A stretch of 64,000 nt of DNA from assembly GCF_006345805.1 (NCBI RefSeq), contig NC_043014.1, positions 34,968,001 through 35,032,000 on the forward strand, given 5' to 3'. The notes beneath the pieces are model-generated. The model ran no database searches, had not been told where the DNA came from, and saw only the letters and a list, made by a program, of their open reading frames with translations. The translations under genes were made by a program, and so were the position numbers. Each line of letters begins with the position of its first letter. The first letter of the stretch is position 1. Below, in pieces: positions 37,001 through 51,300 of the stretch. The DNA is from Octopus sinensis (Eukaryota).

Positions 37001-40000
37001 GAAAACTATATTAGGGGCAGAGTTTTCTTAGGCTGGAAATCCTTCCTGATGGCAACCCATCACTTGTTTCCAAGTGAGGAGAAAACTATATTAGGGGCAA
37101 GTTTTTCTTAGGCTGGAAATCCTTCCTGATGGCAACCCATCACTTGTTTCCAAGTGAGGAGAAAACTATATTAGGGGAAGAGTTTTCTTAGGCTGGAAAT
37201 CCTTCCTGATGGCAACCCATCACTTGTTTCCAAGTGAGGAGAAAACTATATAAGGGGAAGAGTTTTCTTAGGTTGGAAATCCTTCCTGATGGCAACCCAT
37301 CATTTGTTTCCAAGTGAGGAGAAAACTATATTAGGGGAAGAGTTTTCTTAGGCTGGAAATCCTTCCTGATGGCAACCCATCACTTGTTTCCAAGTGAGGA
37401 GAAAACTATATTAGGGGAAGAGTTTTCTTAGGCTGGAAATCCTTCCTGATGGCAACCCATCACTTGTTTCCAAGTGAGGAGAAAACTATATTAGGGGAAG
37501 AGTTTTCTTAGGTTGGAAATCCTTCCTGATGGCAACCCATCGCTTGTTTCCAAGTGAGGTGATAATGTTCTGAGCTACCAAGCAACAAACAGCCCAGAAA
37601 TATTTATATGTAGAGAACTGGCAACAAATGACACCATATTGATGAATCGTTTGTTTACAAAGATCGCACAATATGTCAAGAAGTTTGGATATGTTTTTGT
37701 GATGGATTGATGAACAGCAAGCAGACAACACCATCAACAATGCCATTGTTTAGAATCAACAAACACAAATGTAGATGAGGAAAATAGGAACTCACTGACA
37801 CAGACATACATACATGCATGCATGCGCACACACACAATGTGTAAACAATCATATACAAAAGGTATCTTTCAGTTTCTATACACCAAATCCATTCAGAGGG
37901 TTTTGGTGGGTTCAAGACTATAGCAGAAAACACTTGCCCTTGGTGCATATGGTAGGACTGACCCCCAAACCATGTAGTTGGTAAGTAAACTGCTTAACCA
38001 TACAGTTATGAGACAAGGTACATTTAAAAATATTTCACGTCGAATCTTGCAGAGGTCACTTTTGTCCATCACCTTTTCAACATAAATAAACAAAGAAACC
38101 AATATGCTGAGGTATACCCAACTCTACCCTCCTTGCAAAATTTATATCATGTACCAATTTTAGAAATCATTAATCCATAGAACGTTGGCGAAAAAGTCTC
38201 ACAGTTTTAAGTTACATATTCTTACCTACTCTGTTCAAATACCACCAAGATGGACTTAGTTTTCATACTTTCCACAGCCAATAAAAGAAAGCATCAATCA
38301 AATACTGGGGTCAATATAACTGACTAACCCTTCCACAAAACTTGTAGCCTTGTGACTGTGTAAGAAATTATTATTGTTGATAGAATTGGCCGCCGATTCT
38401 TCGCGGCGCGCCTGCCCTACCCACCCCCACCACCAATACCGGATATCTCTATTTTGCTCCAACTATACCGGATGTCGTTTCTCCCACCACCATTATAGGT
38501 GTCTACTCTTTGAACCCCCCTCTTCAATACGCTATTTCACCATGCATTACCCCTCTCTCAATATCCTACGTTCTACTTGCCTAGAACCTGTCCTCTGAAC
38601 CACCCCTCCCACTGGTGCTCCCCTATATTTCTGCACCCCCCCACCACCATTATAGGTGTCTACTCTTTGAACCCCCCTCTTCAATACGCTATTTCACCAT
38701 GCATTACCCCTCTCTCAATATCCTACGTTCTACTTGCCTAGAACCTGTCCTCTGAACCACCCCTCCCACTGGTGCTCCCCTATATTTCTGCACCCCCCCA
38801 CCACCATTATAGGTGTCTACTCTTTGAACCCCCCTCTTCAATACGCTATTTCACCATGCATTACCCCTCTCTCGATATCCTACGTTCTACTTGCCTAGAA
38901 CCTGTCCTCTGAACCACCCCTCCCACTGGTGCTCCCCTATATTTCTGCACCCCCCCCCCCATAAAAAGCACCATCCGAACGTGGCCAATGCCAGACCCCT
39001 CTGGCACCTGTGCAGGTGGCACGTAAAAAACACCCACTACACTCGCGGAGTGGTTGGCGTTAGGAAGGGCATCCAGCTGTAGAAACACTGCCAGACTAGA
39101 CTGGAGCCTGGGGCAGTCCCGAGCTCCCCAGACCCCGGTCGAAACCGTCCAACCCGTGCTAGCGCGGAAAACGGACGTTAAACGATGATGATGATTAAGA
39201 GCAATACATACTAAAATTGTTAGAAGGCAAACTTCAACAGTAGATGCTTTATATAAATAGTAATGAAAATCTAGTTTTTACACCAAAATTGTAATTTCCC
39301 TTTAGTTGTATTACTACAATATTTCTAAGGCATGAAATTCATTCATCATTTTTTCTGTAATTCTGAAGTACTATGGCTTTATAAAAATAAAGCATTTTCA
39401 AAATAAACAAAAGTTGAATAAATGAAGTGTGTGTTTGGGTGAAAAAAACAGAAACTAATTAATGGGTATGGCATTTAGTTTTTGAGATTTAAGGATTCAC
39501 TAGATGTTTGCATGGCATGTGGGAGAAGGATTAAGGTAAAAAAATGATGCAGTACACAGAGCAATGTCATGGTGTAGCAAGAGATTAGGGAGTGCAATTC
39601 TATTACAATTCAGCTAATTACACTGAGTTGAAGGAACATTTATTTCTGAATTAAGTGTAGGATAAGCACTTTACTACTCTGTATCCACATGTGCCCTCTA
39701 TGCAAGCTCCAGCCAAAAAGAACTACTACTCTAAGATCATTCCCAAATACATGTCCAACCTTTACAACGCAAACAAGAAAAAGAAGCTGTTTTAAAGCAG
39801 CCACTTCGCCTGGCTTCCAGTCCCTCATCCTTCATTAGCATACTCATCATCATTGTTTAACATCTGCTTTCCATGCTAGCATGGGTTGGATGATTTGACT
39901 GAGGTCTGGCGAACCAAATGGCAGCACCAAACTCCAATCTGATCTGGCAGAGTTTCTACAGCTGGATGCCCTTCCTAACGCCAACCACTCTGAGAGTGTA

Positions 40001-42065
40001 GTGGATGCTTTTACGTGCCACTGGCACAAGGGCCAGTCAGGCGGTACTTGCAACGGCCACGCTCAAATGGTGCTTTTTATGTGCCACCTGCACAGGAGCC
40101 AGTCCAGTGGCACCGGCAACGACCTTGCTCGAATGTTTTTTCACGTACCACCAGCACAAGTGCCAGTAAGGCGACGCAGGTAACGATCACCCTCGAATGG
40201 TGCTTTTTATGTGCCATCGGCATGGAGGCCATCTTGTTGCACTGGCAATGATCACGCTCGTATAGTACTCTTATACTCATAATTTAAAAATAAATATCCC
40301 TATATTAAATGCAGACTGATGGATAGATGTATGATACATGAATGCATATGTGTGTGTGTGTGTGTGGTAATAAACTTGATAAGTCAGAGATCAAACTGAC
40401 CAAAACAAAGGGTAGGAATTTAAAAAAATGTAAATGTACTCTTAAAACTATTACACATTTAGATACTTAACCATTAAAAGTTATATTGATTAGCAGTTCC
40501 TTTACAAAGTTTCAATCCAGTTAATATTGACAAGTAACCATGAATATAATAATGGGTGGTAAAAAGACATTGACTTACTTTGTTACTGTATTTTAAATTG
40601 GGTAGCAGTTCACCATTTGTTCTGACCCAAGTAATATTCGGAGAAGGAATTCCTGAAGAATTGCACATTAATATTTTGCTACCACCGAGCTTTAACTCAA
40701 CTCTAGTTGTTGTCATTGAAAGACTTATTTTAGGTGGTGCTAGAGGTAAAAAAAAAAAAAAGAACAAATGAAAGTGTGCAAAAAAAAAAAATCTAGAGCT
40801 AGAAGAGACTTTTTGCTAACACTGCGTAAAAACATCAAAGAATTATTTTTGAAGAGGGTTTCATAAAGGGGAGGTACAGTAAGAGATAAAACAAAAATTT
40901 GGATGATGTGGTAAGTTCTAATTAAATACTGTGCTTTAGAGGTAGGATTAGACACAATCAATACACATGGAGAAACACTCCTGTAGAGGAGACATGTTTC
41001 TAGCTAATGCATCAGGGACTGGATTAAACAAAGCCTGCAGTTATATCTTCAGGTCCCTAACACTGCAGATCTGATAGTCTAAATAAGAATATTCAAAAGA
41101 TGGATGGAGTATATATGACACAAAAAAACTGCTTCAAGATCATTATTTTAATCATGAAGTCTTTTAGACAAATATTGTCAAAAGATATTAATGTGTGTAT
41201 GTGTGAGAATAAGCAAAAACAGGTGTTATTCAAAGCTTTATAGGACATACACGTTTTCTGAAAATGCTGAAATAATTACATAAAAAACATCATGTAATCA
41301 TGTATTTTCACCTCATCAGTCAGTGTCCCACCATAAATACCCACTTTACTGTCTCCTTTATTTTGATACACACACACACACACAGATATATGAGTGAGTG
41401 TGTGTGCTTGTGTGTGCGTATTTGTGTAGGAATTTAAAAAATGTAATTACACACTGTGACTTGATAAATGGTGTTTGTTTATGTCTCTGTAACTAAGTGA
41501 TTAAGGGTCAATTTGTGCACCTAAAACCCTTCAAGGTGGTATCCCAGCATGGCCAAAGTGCAATGACTGAAGTAAGTAAAAGATTGAAGATAAAGATCTG
41601 AGATATTCAGGACACAGTGAGCTACTTTGAAAGACAAGTAGGAGAGTTTAGTCTGCCAGTATCCTTAACTTTGAAAGATCTCATGTAATAAAAAAGAAAA
41701 AATGTATTTACAAAGAACAGTGATGAATCCATATTTTTTTGGATAGTTTTCAGGTGAGCTTCCAACAGTTTCAATGGAACAGATGTAACGTCCAGCATCG
41801 TCCTCTTGCAGAAAGCGAACTATTAATGTGAAAGTAATTCGGTCACTGGATCCATGTTTCTTAATCTCAAACCTTTTAAGGCCTTCGATTTCTTTGTTCT
41901 CAACATTGATAACTTCACCTCGACTCAGTAGTTGGTTTGAGTTGCTAAAAGACCAGGTAACCTATGAAGACAAAGCAAAACTGATGTTCTAAATTGATGA
42001 ATAACCACAACCAATTCACATTTGCTTCAGATTTCCTTTGCTGTTCATACACAGATGCAAGAATA

Positions 42066-42138
<73 letters not shown>

Positions 42139-42341
42139 CTTTATTTAAAGCAGCAGAAATTCAACAAAACCTGTTACTCGGAGTTTCACGTTCCCGTTGT
42201 TGAACAGTAGAACGGGAACGTGAAACTCTGAGTAACAGGTTTTGTTGAATTTCTGCTGCTTTAATTAAAGCATATTACTCTACCCCTGGTATTTGAGTAT
42301 TCTTTTTTCCACCTTGTTTCACATTTATGTGTTTACTCCGG

Positions 42342-42373
<32 letters not shown>

Positions 42374-45300
42374 GCAAGATATTTTATGTGAAGTCGTGCG
42401 TTGAAACAGATATTGTTGTATTTCGGAATGGTCATTTTGCCAGTTTAGCTAATAAAAACACACGCACTATATATTTGGTGTTACTTTGCTTCAGTGTTAT
42501 TTATTTTTTTACATTAAACTTAATCTGGCTGAAATAAGATTAAGTTTAATGTAAAAAATAAATAACACTGAAGCAAAGTAACACCAAATATATAGTGCGT
42601 GTGTTTTTATTAGCTAAACTGGCAAAATGACCATTCCGAAATACAACTATATATATATATGTATATATCCACACATGCACATAAGCCATGTATAGGGATA
42701 CTGCCAGTAAGGTGAAGGTTTGCAATGAGTATAGCAATGAATTCTGTGTACAGGTATGAGTTCACCAAGGATCAGTTCTCATTCCTCTCCTGTTTATCTT
42801 AGTTCTCCAGGCCTTAAAAGAGGAATTCAAGACTGGGTGTCCCTGGGAGCTCCTGTATGCTGATGACCTTGTTCTTATATCTGAATCACTACCTGACCTA
42901 GAGAACAAATTTCAGGTGTGGAAACTAGGTTTGGAATCTAAGGGCCTTATAGTTAATTTAGTAAGTAGGAAGACAGACAACTTACAAGTCACCTCTGGGA
43001 GATGGTCCTGCTCAAAATGTAAGAAGGGTGTTGGTAGAAACTCCATATGTTGTCCCAGCGCAAGCTTTGGACACATAAGAAATGTAGTGGTATCATAGGA
43101 AGGTTAATGGAGAATATAGTCTTTGTATGTGGCAAATGTGCAGACAATAGATTCCCTCAAGGGGATGGCGGGGTGGAGAATTATTAGAAGTAGTAGATAG
43201 CTTCTGTTACCTGGAAGACCAAGTTAACAGTGGTGGATGAAGTTCTGAAAGTGATGTTGCTAGGATAAGAACAAAGCAGTTTGCATGATGTCTGTGTACA
43301 AACAGCTTTGTTACATGGCAGTGAAACATGGGCTTTGACTACAGATGGCTTATGAAGGCTTGAAAGAAATGAAGGTAGCACAACAAAGTGTAAATGATTT
43401 AAGAGGAAAGCTGATTATAAGACGTATCAGATGTTGTGTGCAAGAGAAAACTGTGCTGGTTTGGTCATGTGATGCATATGAATGAGGACAGCTGAGTAAA
43501 GAAGAGCTGAGCTTAAAGTGTGGAGGGTACCTGTGGAAGGGGTGAACCCAGGAAGATGTAGGACAAAGTGGGGAGAAAGGATCTTCTTATTCTATTCTTA
43601 TTGTAGCAGCTACACTCTCAGAGCATCCATCCCCGCTACTGACTTGGTCACCTAGGTAATGGAAGCTATCAACTACACCTAGTTTTTTCCCCTGGCATGT
43701 GATGGAAGCTGTTTTCTGCACATGTTCAGTGATTATTGCCCCGTGCATCTGCCACGCAAAAAACTATCTTCCCAGTTAACCTTCCTTTGATATTCTTTTC
43801 TACTCTAGGCACAAGGCCCAAAATTTTGGGGGAGGGGGCCAGTCGATTAGATCAACCCCAGAATGCAACTGGTACTAAATTTATCAACTTCAGAAGGATG
43901 AAAGGCAAAGCTGACCTTGGCGGAATTTGAACTCAGAACATAAAGACAGACGAAATACCATTAAGCATTTCACCCAGCATGCTAATGTTTCTGCCAGCTC
44001 ACCACCTTTGATTATCGTTGCACCTCTTATGTGCCTATAGCTTACATCAGATATATCTTATGGAGTTTCTACCTACATCGAACAAGCAGGGCCATTACCT
44101 GAAGGGATTTGTGGTTTGTCTACCTTTCTACTTGCTAAGACTTTGATTTTTGCTAGATTGATTCAAGGCCCTTTGATTCTAGACCTTCTTTCCACACCTG
44201 AAACTTCTCTAATTTTGGTACTGACTCAGCTATTAGAGCAAGGTCGTCAGCATAGAGGAGCTCCCAGGGGCAATCTTGAATTCCTCTGTTATTGCCTGAA
44301 GTACAATGATAAGAGGACTCTGAGGACTGATCCTTGGTGGACCCCTACTCCTACCCAGAATTCTTCACTATACTCATTGCCAAACCTCACCTTACTGACA
44401 GCATCCCTGTACATGGCTTGTACAGTTCTCACTAACAACTCATCTATCCCTAGTTTCCAAATTGACCACCAGATAAGGGATTGGGGGACCCTGTCAAAGG
44501 CTTTCATCATGTCAACGAAAGCCAAGTACAGGAATTTGGCTAGGAATTTCTCCTGCAGCCATCTTACCAAAAATATAGTACCAGTGGTGCTTCTCTGTGG
44601 CACAAACTTAAACGGTATCTCCCACATACAAAAGTTAGTTTCTCTGTTAACCTTCCTTTGATGTTGCTGTACCTTATGTGTGTCCAAAGCTTACACTGGG
44701 TGCATCTTGTGGAGTTTCTACCTACACCTTTTCTACAGATTGAGCAGGGCCATCTACCTGAGGGGATTTGTGATTTGTCTGCCTTCCTACTTACTATGAC
44801 TTTGGTTACTGCTATGTTAATTCTAAGGACCTTTGATTCTAGACCTTGTTCCATACCTGGAACTTCTCTAGCTTTGGTAGTGATTCAGCTATAAGAGCAA
44901 GGTCATCAGCATAGAGGAGATCCCAAGAGTAGCTTGTCTCGAATTCCTCTGTTACTGCCTGGAGGACTATGATGAACAGGAGGGGGCTGAGCACCGATCC
45001 TTGGGGAACCCCTACTTGTACCCTGAATTCTTCGCTGTACTCATTGCCTACCCTCACCTTACTGATAGGATCCCTGTACAAGGCTTGTATGGGTCTCACC
45101 AGCCACTCTGGGAGTGTAGTGGGTACTTTTTACATGCCACAAGCATGGGAGCAAGTCACTAGAATCGACCACAAGCAAGCCAGTGGCACTGGCATCAACC
45201 ATGCTTGAATGGTACTTTTTACATGCGAGTCAGGTGATATTGGCATCAGCCATGACAATGATTTCACTTGACTCAACAGGTCTTCCCAAGCACAGCATAT

Positions 45301-48300
45301 TGCTAAGGACTGAAAGGTACTTTTAAACAGTTCAGTTATGCGATACTAGCATCAGCTGTGGATATGATCTCATTTGGCTACCTAGGTCTTCTCAAGTACA
45401 GCATATCTCCAAAGGTCTTGGTCACTTGTCATTGCCTCTGTGAGACCCAATGTTTGAAGGTTGTACTTCACCACCTCATCCCAGGTCTTTCTGGGTCTAT
45501 CTCTTCCACAGGTTCCCTGCACTGTTGTCCTCATCCATACACAATACATGACCATACCAGCGCAGTCGTCTCTCTTACACCCCACATCTGATGTTTCTCA
45601 TATCCAACTTTTCTTTCAGGGCACTTACATTCTGTTGAGTATGCACACTGACATTAGACATCCAGCAAGAGCATACTAGCTTCATTTCTTCCAAGCCGAC
45701 ACATGTCCTCAGCAGTCACAGCCCATGTTTCACTACTGTGTAACATAGCTGTTCACACGAATGCATCATACAGTCTACCTTTCATCTGAGTAAGAGGCCC
45801 TTTGTTACCAGCAGAGGTAAGAACTCTCTGAGCTTTGCCCAGGCTATTCATATTCTAGTTGCTACATTCTCAGAGAATCCAATGACTTGGTCATTTAAGT
45901 AATGGAAGCTATCAACTACTTCTAGTTTTTTCCCCTGGCATGTGATGGAATCTGTTTTCTATACATCTTTGGTATTTATTGTCCTATGCATCTGCCACAC
46001 ACAAAAGCAATCTTTCCAGTTAACCTTCCTTTGATATTGCTGCATCTCTTATGTGTCCATAGCTTACACTGGGTACATCTTATGGAGTTTCTACCTACGC
46101 CTTTTTAAAGATCAAACAGGGCCATCTACCTGATTTGTCTGCCTTCTACTAAGACTTTCGTTTTTGCTAGATTGACTCTAAGGCCCTTTGATTTTAGACT
46201 TTGCTTCCACACTGAAACTTCGCCCCTAGTTCTGGTAGTGATTCAGCTATTAGAGCAAGGTCATCAGCATAGAGGAGCTCCCAGGGGCAGCTGTCTTGAA
46301 TTCCTCTGTTACTGCCTGGAGGACTATGATGAATAAGAGGGAGCTGAGGACTGATCCTTGCTGAACCCTCACTTCTACTCAGAATTCTTCACTATACTCA
46401 TTACCAATCCTCACCTTACTGACAGCATCCCAGTACATATGGCTTGCATTTTTCACGCACACAGAGATTATATAAATATATCTTATAGAGACGCTAATAT
46501 CATTATGATAATGAGGAGAAGCAATAGAAAGAAGAAACTGAACAAAAACAATGAAGATTATTAACTAAAAAGATAGACAAAGTATTACACACAAACAGAT
46601 GATACTAACAGCTTGAGAAAAGAACATAACAAAATAAATTTGATTTAAAATAATTTTACATAACATTGGAAATAGAAGGAATATTAAGCCAAATATAAAG
46701 ACTAAAACATGTACGCCAGTATCAGACATGGTTTACCATCATGTAGGTTGCACGACTAAAATAATTCCCCAAAATTTCTTTGCTATGTATGTCACTCAGA
46801 ATGTCCTGCAAGCTACAGGTTTTCCCATGACTGAAGTAAAACATATCATAAATGGAGACAAGCTTACAAAATTCTCTTACCGCATTTGTTCCCAACCGAG
46901 CCACAGTACAATTTAGCATACCAGTCTCCCCAATTCTCTTTATGTCTGGAAGTATATCATCAACAATGCTAGGTTCTTGACCATAACCTGCAGAGAGGAA
47001 AGAAAAGTGATGGCATTAAGTTAAACTTTTGATAATAAAGGCAGCCAAATGAAATCATCATAAAAGTTATGAATTTGCTTAAAGCAAACATGAAGCAAAA
47101 GTTATTGCCATGTCAATTTTGAAAAGAGGAAAGAAATATATCAAATGATATATACATATACAACATATTTCACACCATTAATTATGAATGCTAAAGGTAT
47201 GTTCCACAGTATTCCATATGTTGTGGAGGGGAAAATCAGAAGTGCTTTTCTCATAATAATTTAACATTTCGAGATTTGAGTTTGTTTGGGCAGTGAAGCT
47301 TCTAGTTTTTACAAAGTCACCTGTGCCACCCTGTGACAATCTGATGATGTTGTAGAACACAAAACATGTGCTGTTGTGGAGGGAAACAGAAAATTTCCTT
47401 TTTTTAAAGCTTCCATTTCACTTTTAAAATTCTCTAATCTTGAAACAATATACAAAAACTAATTGAATGCTGAATTACAATGTTTTATCTTTGTCAAAAA
47501 GATAACAGAAAGAAATCCCATTCTTTCGGGTTTTTTGAGTGGTACGGTACCTTGTAGGACAGTATACCATTGCAGAGGGGAAAATGTATCCACTTCAAGA
47601 ACTTGTTATAAATTAAACATTTATACTGCAAGTGTGCCAACAATATACTTTAATTTCCAAGTTTGTTCAACTGTACAAAGTTTTCAAAAGTTTCCACAAA
47701 GTTTGGAGCAAATCTATATTTAGCTTTAAAATGGGAAGCTAGAAAATAAATATATATAAATAAATAAGATCAATTAAAATGAAAATATTATAAATAATTA
47801 TTCAAGAACATTCAATCTAAACTTTTTGTGCACATGAAGGAGTTATTATACTGACCTTGGACAGAACAAAAAAACATGTGGCCATTTTGAAAACATTATT
47901 GAGTAGCTCTGGCCTAAAAACAGAGGTTCTGAAATGCAAGTTCTGAATTGGCCATTTGTGCAAGAACTAACAAAACTTGAAGGCCCTAAAATGTTGCAGA
48001 GGGGAAAATTATTTATTGGACAAGTAACACTGGTGTTCCTCTGAAGCAGCTTTAGGTTTTCGATATTACTGAATTTTCCAGTGTTGTTACCATGTTAGCT
48101 ATATCATAATCAATTCTACTATCACAATATGGCTATATTTAGTGCTTTTCAATGCTATTTACATCTTCGTTAGTATTTAAATGCATATATTTGCTAGATC
48201 CAGTAGGTGGGTAATTGAACTGTTGTTGCATTTTATTATTGTTTATGTGGTGCATATGCTGCTCTAAATTAGTAGAGTTAGCATACAATACCTTAATGGT

Positions 48301-51300
48301 ATGCTGATTAAAAATAAGCATGGTATCAGATTTAAGAAAACATTTGTCTAACGTGGCAAAAAATTTTCCAGCAATCTTGGTTGAAACGTGGACAGAAAAT
48401 TGGGTTGTACCAGAAGACAGATCTTTTGGGTTTGGACGGCAGTTTTTAACATAATTTCTAGGTAACTAAAAAATTTTAAACTTCGTATACTGGTAGAATG
48501 TGTTTATAAAACATCTTTTTCTCTTGGCTTTATTGAGAAAATTCTATAGTTTGTAAGATATTTGTTGTTTTTTTTTCTTCAATTTCTGCAATTTCAACCA
48601 ATCAGTGATGTCTATTGAGTTGAAAAGCATTGTGCCGTATGAATATGTCCCTCGTGTAAGAAACACATTGGGTTTATTTACATTTGTGAAGAAAAAAAAG
48701 ATACCCTTCCCCTAACCCTAAAAGAGATTGAAATGCAATAGATCGATTCTAGGGTCATAATTATGGGCGACAATTTCATATGACACCGCTAGAAAAAACT
48801 GCTGTTCAAACCGAAAAGATCCCACAAGACATCATGATTGATGTTGTTTGGCTTATTTGATTTAGTGTGTTATACGGGATTGGAACAATTTACTGGGTTA
48901 TGAGTGTTGGATTATTGAGTCGTATGTCTATGAGTTTTCATTGGTAGTTCATTGCCTTGACCAATTGTATTCTTGACCAGCATGTATTCTTGATCTGAGT
49001 AAGTTCTCATACTGTAACTTTGTGATGGTGTACAATGTGTATTGTTATTAGAGGAATCAACAGGGTTTTGTATGCCTGCTTCTTGTATATATTGAATTTT
49101 CTCACAGTATCCATTATAATAAGCTGCATGTGATTCGAACAGATAATGTAGAAATTCTTGTTGAAATATTCTGAACTAAAGCTAGATGTATTGAAACAAT
49201 TGTCGTGATTGATAAAAATTCTCTTATCTTCCATCTTTCATTTACCATATACGTAACAGATAATGTGAAAGTGACTGTGCTTTACCAGTAAGTTAGCAGG
49301 TATAAACCATTCATTTTATGATATATATAATGTGCAGGTGTATCTCAAATAACATATGTATGTATGTATGTATATATGTATGTAAGGCACATGGCTCAGT
49401 GGTTAGAGCGTCGAGCTTATGATCGTGAGGTTGTGAGCTCGAATCTCGGACCGGGTTGTGTGTTGTGTTCTTGAGCAAGACACTTTATTTCACGTTGCTC
49501 CAGTTAATTCAGCTGTAGAAATGAATTGCGACGTCACGAGTGCTAAGCTGTATCAGCTGCTGCCTTTCCCTTGGATAACACTGGTGGCGTAGAGAGGGGA
49601 GGCCGGTATGCATGGGTGACTGCTGGTCTTCCATAAACCACCTTGCCCAGACTTGTGACTAGGAGGGTAATTTTCTAGTTGCAATCCCATGGTCAGTGTC
49701 GTGACCGAAGGGGGTCCCGACCCGATATATATATATATATGTCTCACACCATCTCCGATAAAGGGATATAATAAATATCCTAAAACAGCTGTAAGACCTT
49801 CTGTCTATAAATGTTCTAAAATTTACACAGCCTTGGGTTTTTTAATCTCATTACGAAAAACAATTTATATATGAGAAGACCCAGCAAGCCAAATGAGACC
49901 ATAATCTCGTGGCCTATGCCAGGGGCGTAACCAGCCCACTATGCGTACCTTTTCCTTCTTTGGACACTAAAACTCTGCTTGTGAAGACCTGTTGAGGCAA
50001 GTGAAATCAAAATCAAATTCGATGACTGGCGTCCGTGCTAGCGGGGTGCAAAGAGCACCATACAAGTGTGATCATTGAGAGAGCAGCTAACTGGCTTCCG
50101 TGCCAGTGATACTTAAAAAGCACCATTTGAGTGTGATCATTACCAGCATCGCCTTACTGACACTCGAGCCCCGTGCTAGTAGGGTATTAAGAGCACCATC
50201 CGAGCGTGATCGTTGCCAAAGTGGCTATCTGGCCTCTGTGCCTGTGACACGTAAAAGACACCATTCGAGTGTGATCGTTACTAGCATTGCCTTACTGGCA
50301 CCTGTGCTGGTGGCATGTGTAAAAGATTCAAGCGAGGTTGTTGCCAGTACCGCCTGACTGGCCCTGTGCCGGTGGCACGTAAAAGCATCCACTATACTCT
50401 CGGAGTGGTTGGTGTTAGGAAGGGCATCCAGCTGTAGAAACTCTGCCAGATCAAGATTGAAGCCTGGTGTAGCCATCTGGTTCGCCAGCCCTCAGTCAAA
50501 TCGTCCAACCCATGCTAGGATGGAAAGTGGACGTTAAATGATGATATATATATATATATATATATATATATGGTATTCTTTTGGTGAATGGATAAATAGA
50601 TGGAGAGAGAAAAAGTGAGGTGCCAAAAAATCATATTTACAGTAAACAGTTTAACAATAATTGTTCAGTTTAGTGATATTAAAAAAGTAAATAAAAGTTA
50701 AGTGGAAATAACTAGTAAAGGGACACGTAAGTCAACAGAAATACTGGATATTATTTACTTTGGAATTGATCAGAATGGCACGTGGAAGACCAGCAGGATC
50801 GCAATACATTGTTCCTGAAATTGAAATCCTCAACCGTGAATCAGTCTTGGAATATCACCCAATTAGCCAAATGACGAGTCAAAATTCTTCAGTGGCTGGC
50901 ACGTGTATAATTATAAATTTATACACATGCGAAAATTGTAATTCGCCAGTATTTGTTGTTTAACAATAAGTTGACTTATGTATGGGTCTCCTTTACTAGT
51001 TATCCAGTTGAATCCTGCCAAACGTTTGTCTTGAGAGTTAAGGCATCAAAACAAAAATAGTGGAGCAACACTACGAATCAGATGAATTGAGAAACAAGGA
51101 GCACTCGCACTAAGAGATGAACATAGATCGTTTTTCTAATTCGTTAACGAATCTTAATCTTAAACAGAATAATTTTAACTCTTAAGAGAACTCATCGTTT
51201 GAGGTAACAGGTAAATACGAGGGGGTAAATCATCTATGAGTGTTGTATCTCGGGAAGGCCATTAAGCCAATAATAAACAGGAGCTCAATCTGTTCCATTT

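Noticed and set aside
36600-37559. CRISPR-like regular array
   Set aside because: Whole 80-bp units are repeated with no unique spacers, there are no cas genes and the context is eukaryotic.
48830-49330. Penelope RT remnants (also ~6000-8200 and ~55000-55650)
   Set aside because: Only faint motif resemblance, too decayed to call without a profile search.
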